Below are positions 1 to 10,215 of a stretch of DNA of 41,280 nucleotides, piece by piece. How positions within the stretch are numbered: position 1 is the stretch's first letter; every line of letters starts with the position of its first letter. The position numbers and the translations under genes are program-made. The notes below the pieces were generated by a model. That model did not search any database. It worked only from the letters and a program-made list of their open reading frames with translations, and had not been told where the DNA came from. Origin of the DNA: Actinomycetota bacterium (GTDB taxonomy: Bacteria > Actinomycetota > Actinomycetes > Nanopelagicales > Nanopelagicaceae); assembly GCA_009698295.1 (NCBI GenBank), contig WLQO01000001.1, positions 1 through 41,280 of the forward strand, given 5' to 3'.

Positions 1-1
1 G

Positions 2-61
2 GCGGCCATGACAGCGAAATCAAGAGTAATCGCTGATGAAATATTGAACGCACTTGCGTAG
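2..61 (+). CDS. 3' end of upstream gene (partial), probably orotidine-5'-phosphate decarboxylase
   Basis: Open frame AAMTAKSRVIADEILNALA ending in TAG at 59-61. Identity is inferred only from the usual actinobacterial order pyrF-mihF-gmk-rpoZ. Confidence 0.4.
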   Translation, partial: AAMTAKSRVIADEILNALA

Positions 62-70
62 AGTTAAATA

Positions 71-946
71 ATGCCGATTCCGCCTAAATTAACCGCTGAA
101 CAACGAGCGGCTGCGCTGGCAAAATCAACAGCTGCGCGGCAAGTTAGAGCAGCCACAAAGGCGCGCGTCAAAAGTGGTGAGGTCTCGCTCTCCGCAGTCT
201 TTGAATTGGCGAAGAGCGATGAAGCGATTGCAAAAATGCGCGTGGTCGAATTACTGGAATCTTTCTCCGGTGTTGGAAAAGTTCGAGCAATTGCAACCTT
301 GGATCGTTTGCAAATTTCACAAACTAGGCGCATTCAGGGGCTGGGGGTTGCGCAAAGACAGAGTCTGCTACGCGAATTTCCAGATCGCATAGCTGCAGCA
401 CAGAGAGGAAAGTTACTTGTGCTTTCAGGGCCTGGGGGAGTTGGTAAGAGCACTGTTGCAAAAGCCTTACGTGAGACAAATACCTTTTGGGTGAGTATTT
501 CTGCCACCACTCGTCAAGCACGACATAATGAAGTCGACGGCGTGGATTATTACTTTTATAGCGATAGTGAATTTGATAACGCAATAAAGTCAGCGCTTTT
601 TCTTGAATGGGCAGAATTTGCGGGCAATCGTTATGGAACTCCGCGCAAGGCGGTTGAAGATGCGTTGCGCGATGGCAGAAATGTACTTCTCGAAATCGAG
701 ATTGCAGGTGCGAAACAAGTAAAAGAGAGCGCGCCAGAGGCGATACTGGTTTTTCTTCAACCACCATCATGGGAAGAATTGGTCTCTCGTTTAGAAGGAC
801 GCGGTACCGATTCTCCTGAGAGGCGAGCAGCGCGCCTTGCTTTGGCACAGGAAGAACTTGCACAGGCAGGGTTATTTGACCTTTCGCTCGTAAATGAGCG
901 AGTAGAAGAGGTTGTCGAACGCCTGATAGGATTGACCAATAATTAG
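71..946 (+). CDS. gmk: Fusion of actinobacterial integration host factor (mIHF/sIHF, aa 1-103) and guanylate kinase (aa ~112-291)
   Basis: N-terminus has the mIHF signature ([39 protein letters not shown]). C-terminus has Gmk motifs [39 protein letters not shown]. No stop between the domains. Confidence 0.93.
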   Translation: MPIPPKLTAEQRAAALAKSTAARQVRAATKARVKSGEVSLSAVFELAKSDEAIAKMRVVELLESFSGVGKVRAIATLDRLQISQTRRIQGLGVAQRQSLLREFPDRIAAAQRGKLLVLSGPGGVGKSTVAKALRETNTFWVSISATTRQARHNEVDGVDYYFYSDSEFDNAIKSALFLEWAEFAGNRYGTPRKAVEDALRDGRNVLLEIEIAGAKQVKESAPEAILVFLQPPSWEELVSRLEGRGTDSPERRAARLALAQEELAQAGLFDLSLVNERVEEVVERLIGLTNN

Positions 947-987
947 TTCTTTTAAACCGTAATTTCGCACGTACCCAGGAGGTCCAA

Positions 988-1236
988 ATGGACGGAATCA
1001 CTAACCCACCAATCGACGAACTACTCGATAAGAGCGGTTCTAAGTACAGCTTGGTGCTCTATGCGGCAAAGCGCGCTCGTCAGATCAACGCTTATTACTC
1101 ACAACTAGGTGAAGGCCTCCTTGAGTATGTTGGTCCACTGGTTGAAACACATGTTCACGAGAAGCCACTGTCGATTGCACTTCGCGAGATCAATGAAGGT
1201 CTCTTGACGATCGAAAATCTCGAACCAACAGCGTAA
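988..1236 (+). CDS. rpoZ: RNA polymerase omega subunit
   Basis: [39 protein letters not shown]; Shine-Dalgarno AGGAGG at 977-982. Confidence 0.97.
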   Translation: MDGITNPPIDELLDKSGSKYSLVLYAAKRARQINAYYSQLGEGLLEYVGPLVETHVHEKPLSIALREINEGLLTIENLEPTA

Positions 1237-1260
1237 GAATCCACTCACACCCTTAAAAAA

Positions 1261-2457
1261 ATGGCCAAAGTTCGAGAAGTAATTCTCGGGGTTGGCGGTG
1301 GTATTGCTGCCTATAAGTCGTGTGATTTGTTGCGGCGGTTACAAGATCGCGGCTATCAAATAACTGTAGTGCCAACTCCTTCAAGTTTAAATTTTGTCGG
1401 AACGGCTACTTGGGAAGCGCTTTCTCATCGCGCGGTAACTACTCAAGTTTGGGAGAGAGTAGATGAGGTACGACATATCTCCTTAGCTGATCAAGCCGAT
1501 GCGCTCATAATTGCACCAGCAACTGCTGACCTAATTGCACGAATAGCAGCAGGGCGCGCTGATGATTTACTTACCAATTTAATTCTTGCAATAAGCGTTC
1601 CAGTTTTGATAGTTCCGGCGATGCACCCGCAGATGTGGCTGGATCCAGCGACGCAGGCGAATGTAAATACATTACGCGAACGTGGATTCAAGGTGATGGA
1701 GCCAGCAGTCGGAAGGCTAACCGGAGATGATTTCGGCCAGGGGAGATTTCCAGAGACGGCTGCGATCATCCAAGAATTTGAAGATGTACTTAATATCAAG
1801 AAAGATTTTTTAGATAAGAACGTTCTTATTACTGCTGGCGGAACGCGCGAAGCGATCGATCCGGTGCGGTATATCGGCAATCGATCGAGTGGACGTCAGG
1901 GTGCAGCGGTTGCTCGTGCTGCGCGCGATCGTGGCGCTCATGTCAAGATGATCTTTGCCAATCCTCAGCTTTCGGCGGAAGAGATCGCCACATTAGATGG
2001 CATTGAAATATTGAAGGTCGAAACTGCGACCCAGATGCATAGCGTTTTGGAAGTCGAATTTCCGAAGACAGATTTACTGGTGATGAGTGCGGCGGTAGCA
2101 GATGCCAGGCCTTCAAAGTATTCAGAAGGCAAGATTAAGAAGGGTGAGCTTCGAGATATCGCGCTGGTTGAGAACCCAGATCTCTTGAAATCAATCGCTA
2201 ATTTGCGTAAAGACCAGATCGTTATCGCATTTGCAGCCGAGACCAGTAACGACTTGATAGCGGCAGAGGCGAAAAGAGTGGCTAAGGGCGCTAATATTCT
2301 CTATCTCAACAACGTATCAAATGGCGCTATCTTCGGATCGCTAGATACGGAAGGTTTTATCATCACGAGCAATGGCGCTCATATTCCAGTTCCGTCAACT
2401 AGCAAAGACACGCTCGCCGAGTTATTGCTGGACCAGGCTTTAAACCAGTTAGGTTGA
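1261..2457 (+). CDS. coaBC: Bifunctional phosphopantothenoylcysteine decarboxylase/phosphopantothenate-cysteine ligase
   Basis: [43 protein letters not shown] motifs; located between rpoZ and metK. Confidence 0.96.
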   Translation: MAKVREVILGVGGGIAAYKSCDLLRRLQDRGYQITVVPTPSSLNFVGTATWEALSHRAVTTQVWERVDEVRHISLADQADALIIAPATADLIARIAAGRADDLLTNLILAISVPVLIVPAMHPQMWLDPATQANVNTLRERGFKVMEPAVGRLTGDDFGQGRFPETAAIIQEFEDVLNIKKDFLDKNVLITAGGTREAIDPVRYIGNRSSGRQGAAVARAARDRGAHVKMIFANPQLSAEEIATLDGIEILKVETATQMHSVLEVEFPKTDLLVMSAAVADARPSKYSEGKIKKGELRDIALVENPDLLKSIANLRKDQIVIAFAAETSNDLIAAEAKRVAKGANILYLNNVSNGAIFGSLDTEGFIITSNGAHIPVPSTSKDTLAELLLDQALNQLG

Positions 2458-2461
2458 TCCA

Positions 2462-3652
2462 ATGTCAAAACGTCTCTTTACCTCAGAATCAGTCACCGAA
2501 GGCCATCCAGATAAGATCGCAGATCAGATTTCAGATGCGATTTTAGATTCACTTTTATCGCAGGATTCTTCTAGTCGCGTCGCTGTCGAAACGCTGATCA
2601 CAACAGGACAGGTTCACGTTGCAGGTGAAGTAACAACCAATGGTTATGCGGATGTAATGGGAATCGTTCGTGACACCGTAATCGGAATTGGATACGACTC
2701 ATCAGTTAAAGGTTTTGACGGTAATAGCTGTGGTGTTTCAATTTCTATCGGACAACAATCGCAAGATATCGCCCAAGGCGTCGATGATGCCTACGAAAAT
2801 CGGGTGGCCTCATCTGTAGATCCACTTGACCTACAGGGTGCGGGTGACCAAGGTTTGATGTTTGGCTACGCCTGCGACGATACAAAAGAGTTGATGCCAT
2901 TACCTATTTGGTTGGCACATGAACTTGCCCAACAACTTTCTGCAGTCCGCAAATCTGGAGCGCTACCGTATCTTCGCCCTGATGGAAAAACACAAGTGAC
3001 CATTGAATATGATGGCGATAAAGCGGTGGCGCTAGATACCGTTGTGATCTCTAGTCAACATGCAGAAGAAGTCGATGTGGCGAAAAAGCTGACCCCCGAG
3101 ATTATTGAATTCGTCATCGAACCTGTACTGGCAAAGATTGATCTACCGCGTAAAGATATGCGAACTTTGATCAACCCAACCGGTCGATTTGTAATTGGTG
3201 GCCCCATGGGAGATGCCGGTTTAACTGGCCGCAAGATTATTGTCGACACATACGGTGGAATGGCGCGCCATGGTGGTGGAGCTTTCTCCGGTAAGGATCC
3301 TTCAAAGGTTGATCGCTCAGCAGCATATGCAATGCGTTGGGTTGCCAAGAACGTTGTGGCGGCAGGTTTAGCGCGACGATGCGAAGTACAGGTTGCATAT
3401 GCAATTGGTAAGGCACAACCCGTTGGTGTATTTGTCGAAACTTTCGGTACTGAAACCGTTCCGGTGCAAAGAATCCAAGATGCTGTGACGACAGTCTTTG
3501 ATCTGCGTCCTGCCGCAATTATTCGCGATCTGAATTTATTGCGTCCGATCTACTCTCAAACCGCTGCTTATGGCCACTTCGGGCGCGAACTACCCAACTT
3601 CACGTGGGAAGCAACTACGCGAGTCGAGCAACTTCGCGCAGCTGTTAATTAG
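2462..3652 (+). CDS. metK: S-adenosylmethionine synthetase
   Basis: [35 protein letters not shown] signatures. Confidence 0.99.
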   Translation: MSKRLFTSESVTEGHPDKIADQISDAILDSLLSQDSSSRVAVETLITTGQVHVAGEVTTNGYADVMGIVRDTVIGIGYDSSVKGFDGNSCGVSISIGQQSQDIAQGVDDAYENRVASSVDPLDLQGAGDQGLMFGYACDDTKELMPLPIWLAHELAQQLSAVRKSGALPYLRPDGKTQVTIEYDGDKAVALDTVVISSQHAEEVDVAKKLTPEIIEFVIEPVLAKIDLPRKDMRTLINPTGRFVIGGPMGDAGLTGRKIIVDTYGGMARHGGGAFSGKDPSKVDRSAAYAMRWVAKNVVAAGLARRCEVQVAYAIGKAQPVGVFVETFGTETVPVQRIQDAVTTVFDLRPAAIIRDLNLLRPIYSQTAAYGHFGRELPNFTWEATTRVEQLRAAVN

Positions 3653-3667
3653 TTCCAAGGGTCAGCC

Positions 3668-5545
3668 GTGTCTACTGCGCGGCCGCTTCGCCTCAAAACC
3701 GAGACGGCAAAACGTGTCGAAAAGATTGCGGCTGATTTCGCTCCTGTAGCCAAGGTTTGGGTCGACAATTCGCTACCTCACTTAGACGGTTTTTATAACT
3801 ACCTAATCCCAGCCCGTATGGATAATGAAGTTCGGGTCGGAATACGTATCAGCGTCGATTTTGCAGGTCGAGAAGTTGAAGCCTTAGTTGTACAAAGAGG
3901 CGGAGAAAGCTCAACGGCGGGATTAAAATTTATTACCAAAGTTCTCTCGCCGAACGTTGTTGCACCACAAGGTCTTTTGGATCTGGTGGATAAAGCTTGT
4001 CGTCGTTGGATAGCACATCCTTACGACTTCATTCGCAGCGCTGTGCCGCCACGCGTTGCGGGTATAGATAAGAGTTATGTGCGAGCAGATAATGAGAGAA
4101 ATGAAGAGAATGCGCGAGGCGGTAGCCAAACTTTTATACATATACAGCCCTATGAAGATGCAATTGAGAAGCTAGCAGAATTTGCATTGCAGAAAGTTAA
4201 ATCCGGGTCAATTTTAATAATCACTCCAGAGGAAAGAGAGTTGCAGCGCTTAGCGCAATTATTAGGCGAGAAGGCATGCATCCTGTCAGGATCTCTTAGT
4301 CGAAGTGAGCGATATGAGAACTACCTGCGCAGTATTAATACTTCGAAGTTGATTACAATTGGCACTAGGAGCGCAATCTTTGCCTACCCGCCTGATTTAA
4401 AAACCATCGTTATCTTCCGTGAAGGCGCTCAGTCGCATTACGAACCACGATCACCAGGGTGGAACACTAGGGATTTAGCGCTAATGCGTGCAGAACAAAG
4501 TGGTTGTGAGCTTTTCTTCGTCGGTTATTCTCCTGCTCTGGAAACAGGGCTAATGATTGATCGTGGCGAAATGAAATTCTTAGGCAAGAGCAATCGCCTT
4601 AAAGTTAGCAATTTTGAGCAGGCCAATGGTGAATTATTGCCAAATCGCATCTTTGCTCCGATTCGTAAAGCGCTAAATACTGGTCCCGTCCTGTTTCTAG
4701 TTCCACGTAAAGGATATGCAAGTTCGCTTATGTGCAAGAAATGTCGCAATATCGCCGCTTGTGACTGCGGAGGCAAGCTGTTAAGACGTAAAGCAAATTC
4801 CAGCCCAGAATGTTTGTTGTGCGGCAAGTTCTATCCATCTTTAAAATGTCGTTGGTGTCAAAGCGATGTGATGACAGCTTTAGGTCGCGGTGGTGAGCGC
4901 CATACGGAAGAGATCGGACGAGCCTTTCCGAGCCTTCCAACATACTTTTCTAGCGCAGAATCGCATCTTGATGTTTTACCAAATACGCCAGCCTTGGTAA
5001 TCGCAACCGCTGGTATGGAACCGAGGGTCAACGGTGGATATGCAGCGGTAGTTCTGCTCGAAGGCGATTCTTTCTTCTCGTATTCGGATTTGCGTGCGCA
5101 AGAACGTGCCCGTGAAACCTTCTTTGCTGCCGCAGCGCATGTGAGCAGCAAAGGTGAAGTTCTCACCGTTATAAATTCTTCAAATCCAATAACTTCATCT
5201 TTAACGCAATGGAATCCTAAGACAATGACGATGCGTGAACTTTCTGAACTACAAGAGGTGAACCTTCCTCCGTACGCCAGAGCGATTGCGTTAGAAGTAG
5301 AAAGTTCTGAAGCGACAACGATTGTGGCCGGATTGAAGAAGGCCTTGCTGGAGAAGCGATTGCCGGATAGCACCAAGATTATGGGTCCTGCGCAGCGCAA
5401 TGGAACTATTTCACGGATTCTTATCACTGCAAATTTGCGGGAGAGCGATTTACTGCTCAAATTTATTGGTGAATTTATTCGCCATCGTGCGGTCACAAAA
5501 AAGAAGGCCATCTCCTTACGAGTTGATCCCTACTCGCTGACATAA
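3668..5545 (+). CDS. priA: Primosomal protein N' (actinobacterial type, degenerate helicase motifs)
   Basis: N-terminal 3'-DNA-binding region (PHLDGFYNY), GTRSAIFA, four Cys pairs (CKKC, CDC, CLLC, CRWC), C-terminal RVDP; conserved position after metK; GTG start. Confidence 0.9.
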   Translation: MSTARPLRLKTETAKRVEKIAADFAPVAKVWVDNSLPHLDGFYNYLIPARMDNEVRVGIRISVDFAGREVEALVVQRGGESSTAGLKFITKVLSPNVVAPQGLLDLVDKACRRWIAHPYDFIRSAVPPRVAGIDKSYVRADNERNEENARGGSQTFIHIQPYEDAIEKLAEFALQKVKSGSILIITPEERELQRLAQLLGEKACILSGSLSRSERYENYLRSINTSKLITIGTRSAIFAYPPDLKTIVIFREGAQSHYEPRSPGWNTRDLALMRAEQSGCELFFVGYSPALETGLMIDRGEMKFLGKSNRLKVSNFEQANGELLPNRIFAPIRKALNTGPVLFLVPRKGYASSLMCKKCRNIAACDCGGKLLRRKANSSPECLLCGKFYPSLKCRWCQSDVMTALGRGGERHTEEIGRAFPSLPTYFSSAESHLDVLPNTPALVIATAGMEPRVNGGYAAVVLLEGDSFFSYSDLRAQERARETFFAAAAHVSSKGEVLTVINSSNPITSSLTQWNPKTMTMRELSELQEVNLPPYARAIALEVESSEATTIVAGLKKALLEKRLPDSTKIMGPAQRNGTISRILITANLRESDLLLKFIGEFIRHRAVTKKKAISLRVDPYSLT

Positions 5546-5576
5546 TTTAGTTGCGCCTCTAGGCTAGACTTACCTC

Positions 5577-6137
5577 ATGCCAATTCAACCAATCAGATTA
5601 TTTGGCGATCCAGTCCTTACAAGCCCAGCGCGTGAAGTTGTTGATTTTGATAAAGAGTTACGAACGCTGGTGGCAGATTTAACGGACACGATGCTAGAAG
5701 CCCCTGGAGTAGGACTTGCCGCGCCACAAATTGGTGTTGGGCTGCGCGTATTTGTTTGGGATATCGATGAAGCTTTGGGGCATCTAATTAATCCCAGTTT
5801 AGATTTAAGCGTTGAGATGCAAGATGGAGAAGAAGGTTGTCTCTCATTTCCTGCACTTAGTTATGAAACTCCACGCGCGTTCCGGGCTGTTGCAAAAGGT
5901 TTCAATATGTATGGAGAGCCGATCACTGTGGAAGGCACAGAGCTTTTAGCGCGTTGTCTGCAACATGAAACTGATCATCTCGACGGAATAGTATTTATCG
6001 ATCGTCTTTCAAAAGAAGATCGCAAATTGGCAATGAAAGAGATTCGCGAATCCGAGTGGTTTAACGCAGCGCAGAATGCGGGCGCAGAACCAACGATCAA
6101 AGTTTCACCCCACGATCTATTCGGCAGAGGCCTTTAG
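5577..6137 (+). CDS. def: Peptide deformylase
   Basis: GVGLAAPQIG, EGCLS, QHETDHLDG motifs. Confidence 0.98.
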   Translation: MPIQPIRLFGDPVLTSPAREVVDFDKELRTLVADLTDTMLEAPGVGLAAPQIGVGLRVFVWDIDEALGHLINPSLDLSVEMQDGEEGCLSFPALSYETPRAFRAVAKGFNMYGEPITVEGTELLARCLQHETDHLDGIVFIDRLSKEDRKLAMKEIRESEWFNAAQNAGAEPTIKVSPHDLFGRGL

Positions 6138-7042
6138 TGCGCATTGCAGTTGCTGCCACGCCTGCAGTAGCAATCCCAACACTGAATGCCTTGCTTCAGT
6201 CCGAGCACGAGTTAATTTATGTGATCACCAGACCTGATGCTCCTGCCGGTCGCGGTCAAACGATGCAATCGAGCCCGGTTGCTCAATGGGGAGAATCAAA
6301 TGGTGTCAAAGTTTTGAAGCCTGATTCCACCACTTCTTTGGGTGAAGTAGTTATGGATTTAGATTTAGTAATAACGATTGGCTATGGAACCCTAATTCCG
6401 CTATCGGTCCTGCAGATTCCGCGATATGGTTTTATAAATTTACATTTCTCACTCTTGCCAAGATGGCGTGGAGCGGCGCCGGTACAACGTGCGATTGAAG
6501 CCGGCGATGGCGTGACGGGAGTTACCGTATTTGCGCTAGATGCCGGTATGGATACCGGACCGGTATATGCCTGCGCACAAATAGCGTTAGATCCTGATGC
6601 GACATCTGCTCAACTTTTTGAAGTACTTGCCGAGTTAGGTATTGCACCAGTTTTAGAAACTTTAGAACTTATCGCCTCGGGACAGTCTCCCGTTGCGCAG
6701 AGCAACGAGGGCGCAACGAGGGCCTACAAATTGAGTAAAGAAGAAGGAAAGATTTCTTGGAGCTCTTCGGCAAATGAGATTAAACGCAAAATCAACGCAT
6801 TTAATCCGAGCCCCGGTGCCTGGTCGAGCTTTCGCGGTCAGGTCATAAAAATTAATCGCGTTATTTCAAGCAGCGAAAAGGTCCCTGCTGGTGCGTTGCT
6901 CTTAGCCAATAAATCAATTTATATTGGAACAAGTACGCAAGCGCTAGAACTAATAGAAGTTACACCTGCCGGCAAGGCGGCAATGCCAGCGACATCATGG
7001 GCAAATGGCGCCCGCATCACCTCAGATGATGTGATGCTCTAG
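6137..7042 (+). CDS. fmt: Methionyl-tRNA formyltransferase
   Basis: INLHFSLLPRWRGAAP, DAGMDTG; coupled to the def stop codon. Confidence 0.97.
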   Translation: MRIAVAATPAVAIPTLNALLQSEHELIYVITRPDAPAGRGQTMQSSPVAQWGESNGVKVLKPDSTTSLGEVVMDLDLVITIGYGTLIPLSVLQIPRYGFINLHFSLLPRWRGAAPVQRAIEAGDGVTGVTVFALDAGMDTGPVYACAQIALDPDATSAQLFEVLAELGIAPVLETLELIASGQSPVAQSNEGATRAYKLSKEEGKISWSSSANEIKRKINAFNPSPGAWSSFRGQVIKINRVISSSEKVPAGALLLANKSIYIGTSTQALELIEVTPAGKAAMPATSWANGARITSDDVML

Positions 7043-7044
7043 CC

Positions 7045-8412
7045 ATGGTTGAAGCTAGGCGCAATACTTTTAAGTCACCAAAGCCCGATGCGGTTCGCCT
7101 GTTGGTTTATGACATTTTGCGAGAAGTCAATCGTTCCGATGGCTACTCCAACCTACTTTTACCCCAAGCGCTAACTGGATCCAATTTTGAACAGCGCGAC
7201 AAGGGCTTTGCCACCGAACTTTTATATGGAACTTTAAGAATGCAAGGTCGTCATGATTACATAGCTGCACAAGTGTCGGATCGCCCTTGGAGCGAAGTCG
7301 ATGACGGAATAGTCGACGTAGTGCGTTTAGGAGCTCATCAGTTATTTGAGATGCGCGTTCCATCACATGCAGCTGTATCTGCAACAGTGGAATTGGCACG
7401 CAAAGTTATTGGTGAATCGAAGGCCTCGTTTGTAAATGCTCTCCTGAGAAAGATGAGCGCGAAGAGTTTGGATCAGTGGCTAGAACCGGCACAACAGATA
7501 GCTGATCCAGTCTCTCGTTTAGCGATTATTTACTCACATCCTGAATGGATAGTTTCTGCTTATTACGATCTCTTACGTGATTACCAAGAAGTCGAAGCGC
7601 TACTTTCTGCTAATAATCTTGCAGCGACTCCGACAATCGTTTGGTGGCCGGGAAGATCTAGTGCTGAGGAATTTACAGTTTTAGGAGCAGAACCAACGAA
7701 GTATTCTGAGTATGGTTTTAAATTCGATGGAGTTCCTTCGACCTTAGAAGCGGTACGCCATCGCAGAGCAGGTGTGCAGGATGAAGGCTCTCAACTCGTT
7801 GCACAGATCTTCGCCAAAGTGGCAGCTAAAAATAATGACTGGCTCGATCTTTGTGCCGGCCCTGGTGGCAAAGCAGCGCTTCTTTCATCTTTAGCAAAAG
7901 AGAGCGGCAAAACATTTACTGCAAATGAAATCTCGGCAGCGCGCGCCAAATTGGTTGAACAAGTTATTGGGGGAGCGCGCTTACTTGTCGGTGATGGACG
8001 TGAGATAGATTCGCTTGGAGAGAGTTTTGGAGCGGTGTTGGCGGATGTCCCATGTACTGGTTTAGGAGCGTTGCGAAGGAGGCCAGAAGTACGTTGGCGT
8101 CGTACTGTCGCTGATCTTCGCGAGTTAACGCAGTTACAGCGCGAATTATCCGACGCCGCAATTTCAGTCTTAGCCGACGGTGGAATATTTGGATATGCAA
8201 CCTGCTCACCTCATTTGGCAGAAACCAGCATCGCAGTCAGTGATATTTTGCGTAAGCATCAAGATTTATCCTTAATTGATCTGCAACCTTACTTACCAGC
8301 AGATTTAGATGGCGCTATTCGCGATAAATCACTCTCGTTATGGACGCATCGCCATGAAACAGATGCCATGTTTCTGGCTATATTTCGCAAGAATTCTGCA
8401 GTTGAGAATTAA
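7045..8412 (+). CDS. rsmB: 16S rRNA m5C methyltransferase RsmB/Sun with NusB-like N-terminal domain
   Basis: LDLCAGPGGK, DVPCTGLG, YATCS motifs; FVNALLRK in the NusB-like domain. Confidence 0.94.
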   Translation: MVEARRNTFKSPKPDAVRLLVYDILREVNRSDGYSNLLLPQALTGSNFEQRDKGFATELLYGTLRMQGRHDYIAAQVSDRPWSEVDDGIVDVVRLGAHQLFEMRVPSHAAVSATVELARKVIGESKASFVNALLRKMSAKSLDQWLEPAQQIADPVSRLAIIYSHPEWIVSAYYDLLRDYQEVEALLSANNLAATPTIVWWPGRSSAEEFTVLGAEPTKYSEYGFKFDGVPSTLEAVRHRRAGVQDEGSQLVAQIFAKVAAKNNDWLDLCAGPGGKAALLSSLAKESGKTFTANEISAARAKLVEQVIGGARLLVGDGREIDSLGESFGAVLADVPCTGLGALRRRPEVRWRRTVADLRELTQLQRELSDAAISVLADGGIFGYATCSPHLAETSIAVSDILRKHQDLSLIDLQPYLPADLDGAIRDKSLSLWTHRHETDAMFLAIFRKNSAVEN

Positions 8413-8421
8413 GATACTTCT

Positions 8422-9081
8422 ATGTACAACGATCTACGTATTACCCCCAGCATCCTAAATGTAGATCACTCAATTCTTAACGCCGAGATTGCCAGAATTG
8501 CAGAAGATTCCGATCTAATACATCTAGATATTATGGATAATCTTTTTGTACCCAATCTGACTTGGGATTTTGCCGCTGCAGAAGAGATCATTAGAAATTG
8601 TCCAATACCCATTGACGCGCATTTGATGGTCAACGATGTCGACCGAATCGCTCTTGATTATGCGCGTGTAGGCGCTGAAAGCGTAACGATCCATGTCGAA
8701 GCATCTGATGCGCCAATACAGACACTTAAAGAGATTCGTAAGTTAGGCGCTAGGGCGGGATTAGCGCTTAAGCCAGGTACGGATATCGAGAACTATGCAG
8801 ATCTGTTAAGTAATATCGATATGTTGTTGATTATGACCGTTGAACCTGGGTTTGGTGGGCAGAAATTTATGGTTGAAATGATGCAGAAGGTGCGTAGATC
8901 TAAGGAGCTGATCGGTGATCGGCCGATATGGATCCAGGTTGATGGTGGTGTTTCTATGGAAACGATCGCAATTGCACGCGAAGCAGGTGCAGATACATTC
9001 GTCGCGGGATCGGCGGTATTTAACGCACCAGATCCAGCAGAGATGGTGAGAATGCTGCGACATCGTGCAGGTGATCTCTAG
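8422..9081 (+). CDS. rpe: Ribulose-phosphate 3-epimerase
   Basis: PSIL, HLDIMD..FVPNLT, DAHLMV, MTVEPGFGGQ, VDGG motifs. Confidence 0.98.
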   Translation: MYNDLRITPSILNVDHSILNAEIARIAEDSDLIHLDIMDNLFVPNLTWDFAAAEEIIRNCPIPIDAHLMVNDVDRIALDYARVGAESVTIHVEASDAPIQTLKEIRKLGARAGLALKPGTDIENYADLLSNIDMLLIMTVEPGFGGQKFMVEMMQKVRRSKELIGDRPIWIQVDGGVSMETIAIAREAGADTFVAGSAVFNAPDPAEMVRMLRHRAGDL

Positions 9082-9093
9082 TAAACTCCACAT

Positions 9094-9357
9094 ATGAAGA
9101 ATTTCGATCAGCTCTGGTTAGAGTTATCAGAAAAGGTAGCCGCGGGGGATCCAACCTCGGGAACAGTGGCTGAAGTAGCTGCCGGAGTTCATGCGATAGG
9201 TAAAAAGATTTTAGAAGAAGCTGGCGAAGTTTGGTTGGCTGCTGAGCACGAGAGCGACGCTGCACTTGCGCAGGAGATAAGCCAATTGATCTATCACCTG
9301 CAAGCGCTGATGTTGGCGCGGGGCTTGCAGCCCGATGATATTTATCGATATCTATAG
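9094..9357 (+). CDS. hisE: Phosphoribosyl-ATP pyrophosphatase
   Basis: [25 protein letters not shown]; adjacent to hisG. Confidence 0.95.
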   Translation: MKNFDQLWLELSEKVAAGDPTSGTVAEVAAGVHAIGKKILEEAGEVWLAAEHESDAALAQEISQLIYHLQALMLARGLQPDDIYRYL

Positions 9358-9369
9358 AAATGAGTCAAA

Positions 9370-10215
9370 GTGTTAAAGATCGCCGTCCCCAATAAAGGTT
9401 CACTCGCAGAACCGTCAGCTGCGATATTGAAAGAAGCTGGTTACCGCCAGAGAAGTGATTCTCGTGATTTGGTTTTAACTGATCCGGAAAACGGAGTTGA
9501 GTTTTATTATCTGCGCCCGCGCGATATCGCTTTATATGTGGGTTCTGGCGAGCTGGAAGCAGGAATTACTGGACGAGATCTTTTAATAGATTCAGCTGCG
9601 GATGCGAAAGAGATTTTGGCCTTTGATTTTGGTGGATCCACTTTCCGCTTTGCGGGACCAGCGGCTAAGAGCTGGAAGGTCGCCGACCTTTCGGGAAAGC
9701 GGATTGCTACTGCATATCCGGGGTTGGTAGAGAATTTTCTCGCTAAAAATGATCTGATTGCAAATGTTGTAAGACTTGATGGAGCGGTGGAAAGTAGCGT
9801 GCGCTTGGGCGTTGCAGATGTAATTGCTGACGTCGTTAGCACTGGTAACACGCTACGTCAGGCAGGCTTAGCAATTTTCGGGGATCCCATTTTGCAAAGT
9901 GAGGCGATACTGATTTCTCGCCAGGCCGATAATCTACCGAGCGAATTAGAGATCCTCCTGAGACGATTGCAAGGAGTTGTTACGGCGCGTCAATATGTAC
10001 TACTTGATTACGACATTCCAAAGGCGATCGTAGATCAGGCTTGTGCAATTACCCCAGGGTTGGAATCTCCAACTATCTCTCCTTTGCAGAAAGAAGATTG
10101 GGTTGCTGTTCGCGCGATGGTTTTACGTAAAGATACTAATCGTCTGATGGATGAACTTTGGGCCCTCGGTGCTCGTGGAATTTTAGTAACTGATATCCAC
10201 GCCTGCCGTTTATAA
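9370..10215 (+). CDS. hisG: ATP phosphoribosyltransferase (long form)
   Basis: IAVPNKGSL, RPRDI, GITGRD, ADVIADVVSTGNTL; C-terminal regulatory domain (PGLESPTISPL). Confidence 0.97.
   Translation: MLKIAVPNKGSLAEPSAAILKEAGYRQRSDSRDLVLTDPENGVEFYYLRPRDIALYVGSGELEAGITGRDLLIDSAADAKEILAFDFGGSTFRFAGPAAKSWKVADLSGKRIATAYPGLVENFLAKNDLIANVVRLDGAVESSVRLGVADVIADVVSTGNTLRQAGLAIFGDPILQSEAILISRQADNLPSELEILLRRLQGVVTARQYVLLDYDIPKAIVDQACAITPGLESPTISPLQKEDWVAVRAMVLRKDTNRLMDELWALGARGILVTDIHACRL

Noticed and set aside
324-1001. 225-aa antisense ORF and other long shadow ORFs (e.g. 4858-5511, 15095-15595)
   Set aside because: They overlap well-supported genes on the opposite strand and show no recognisable motifs.
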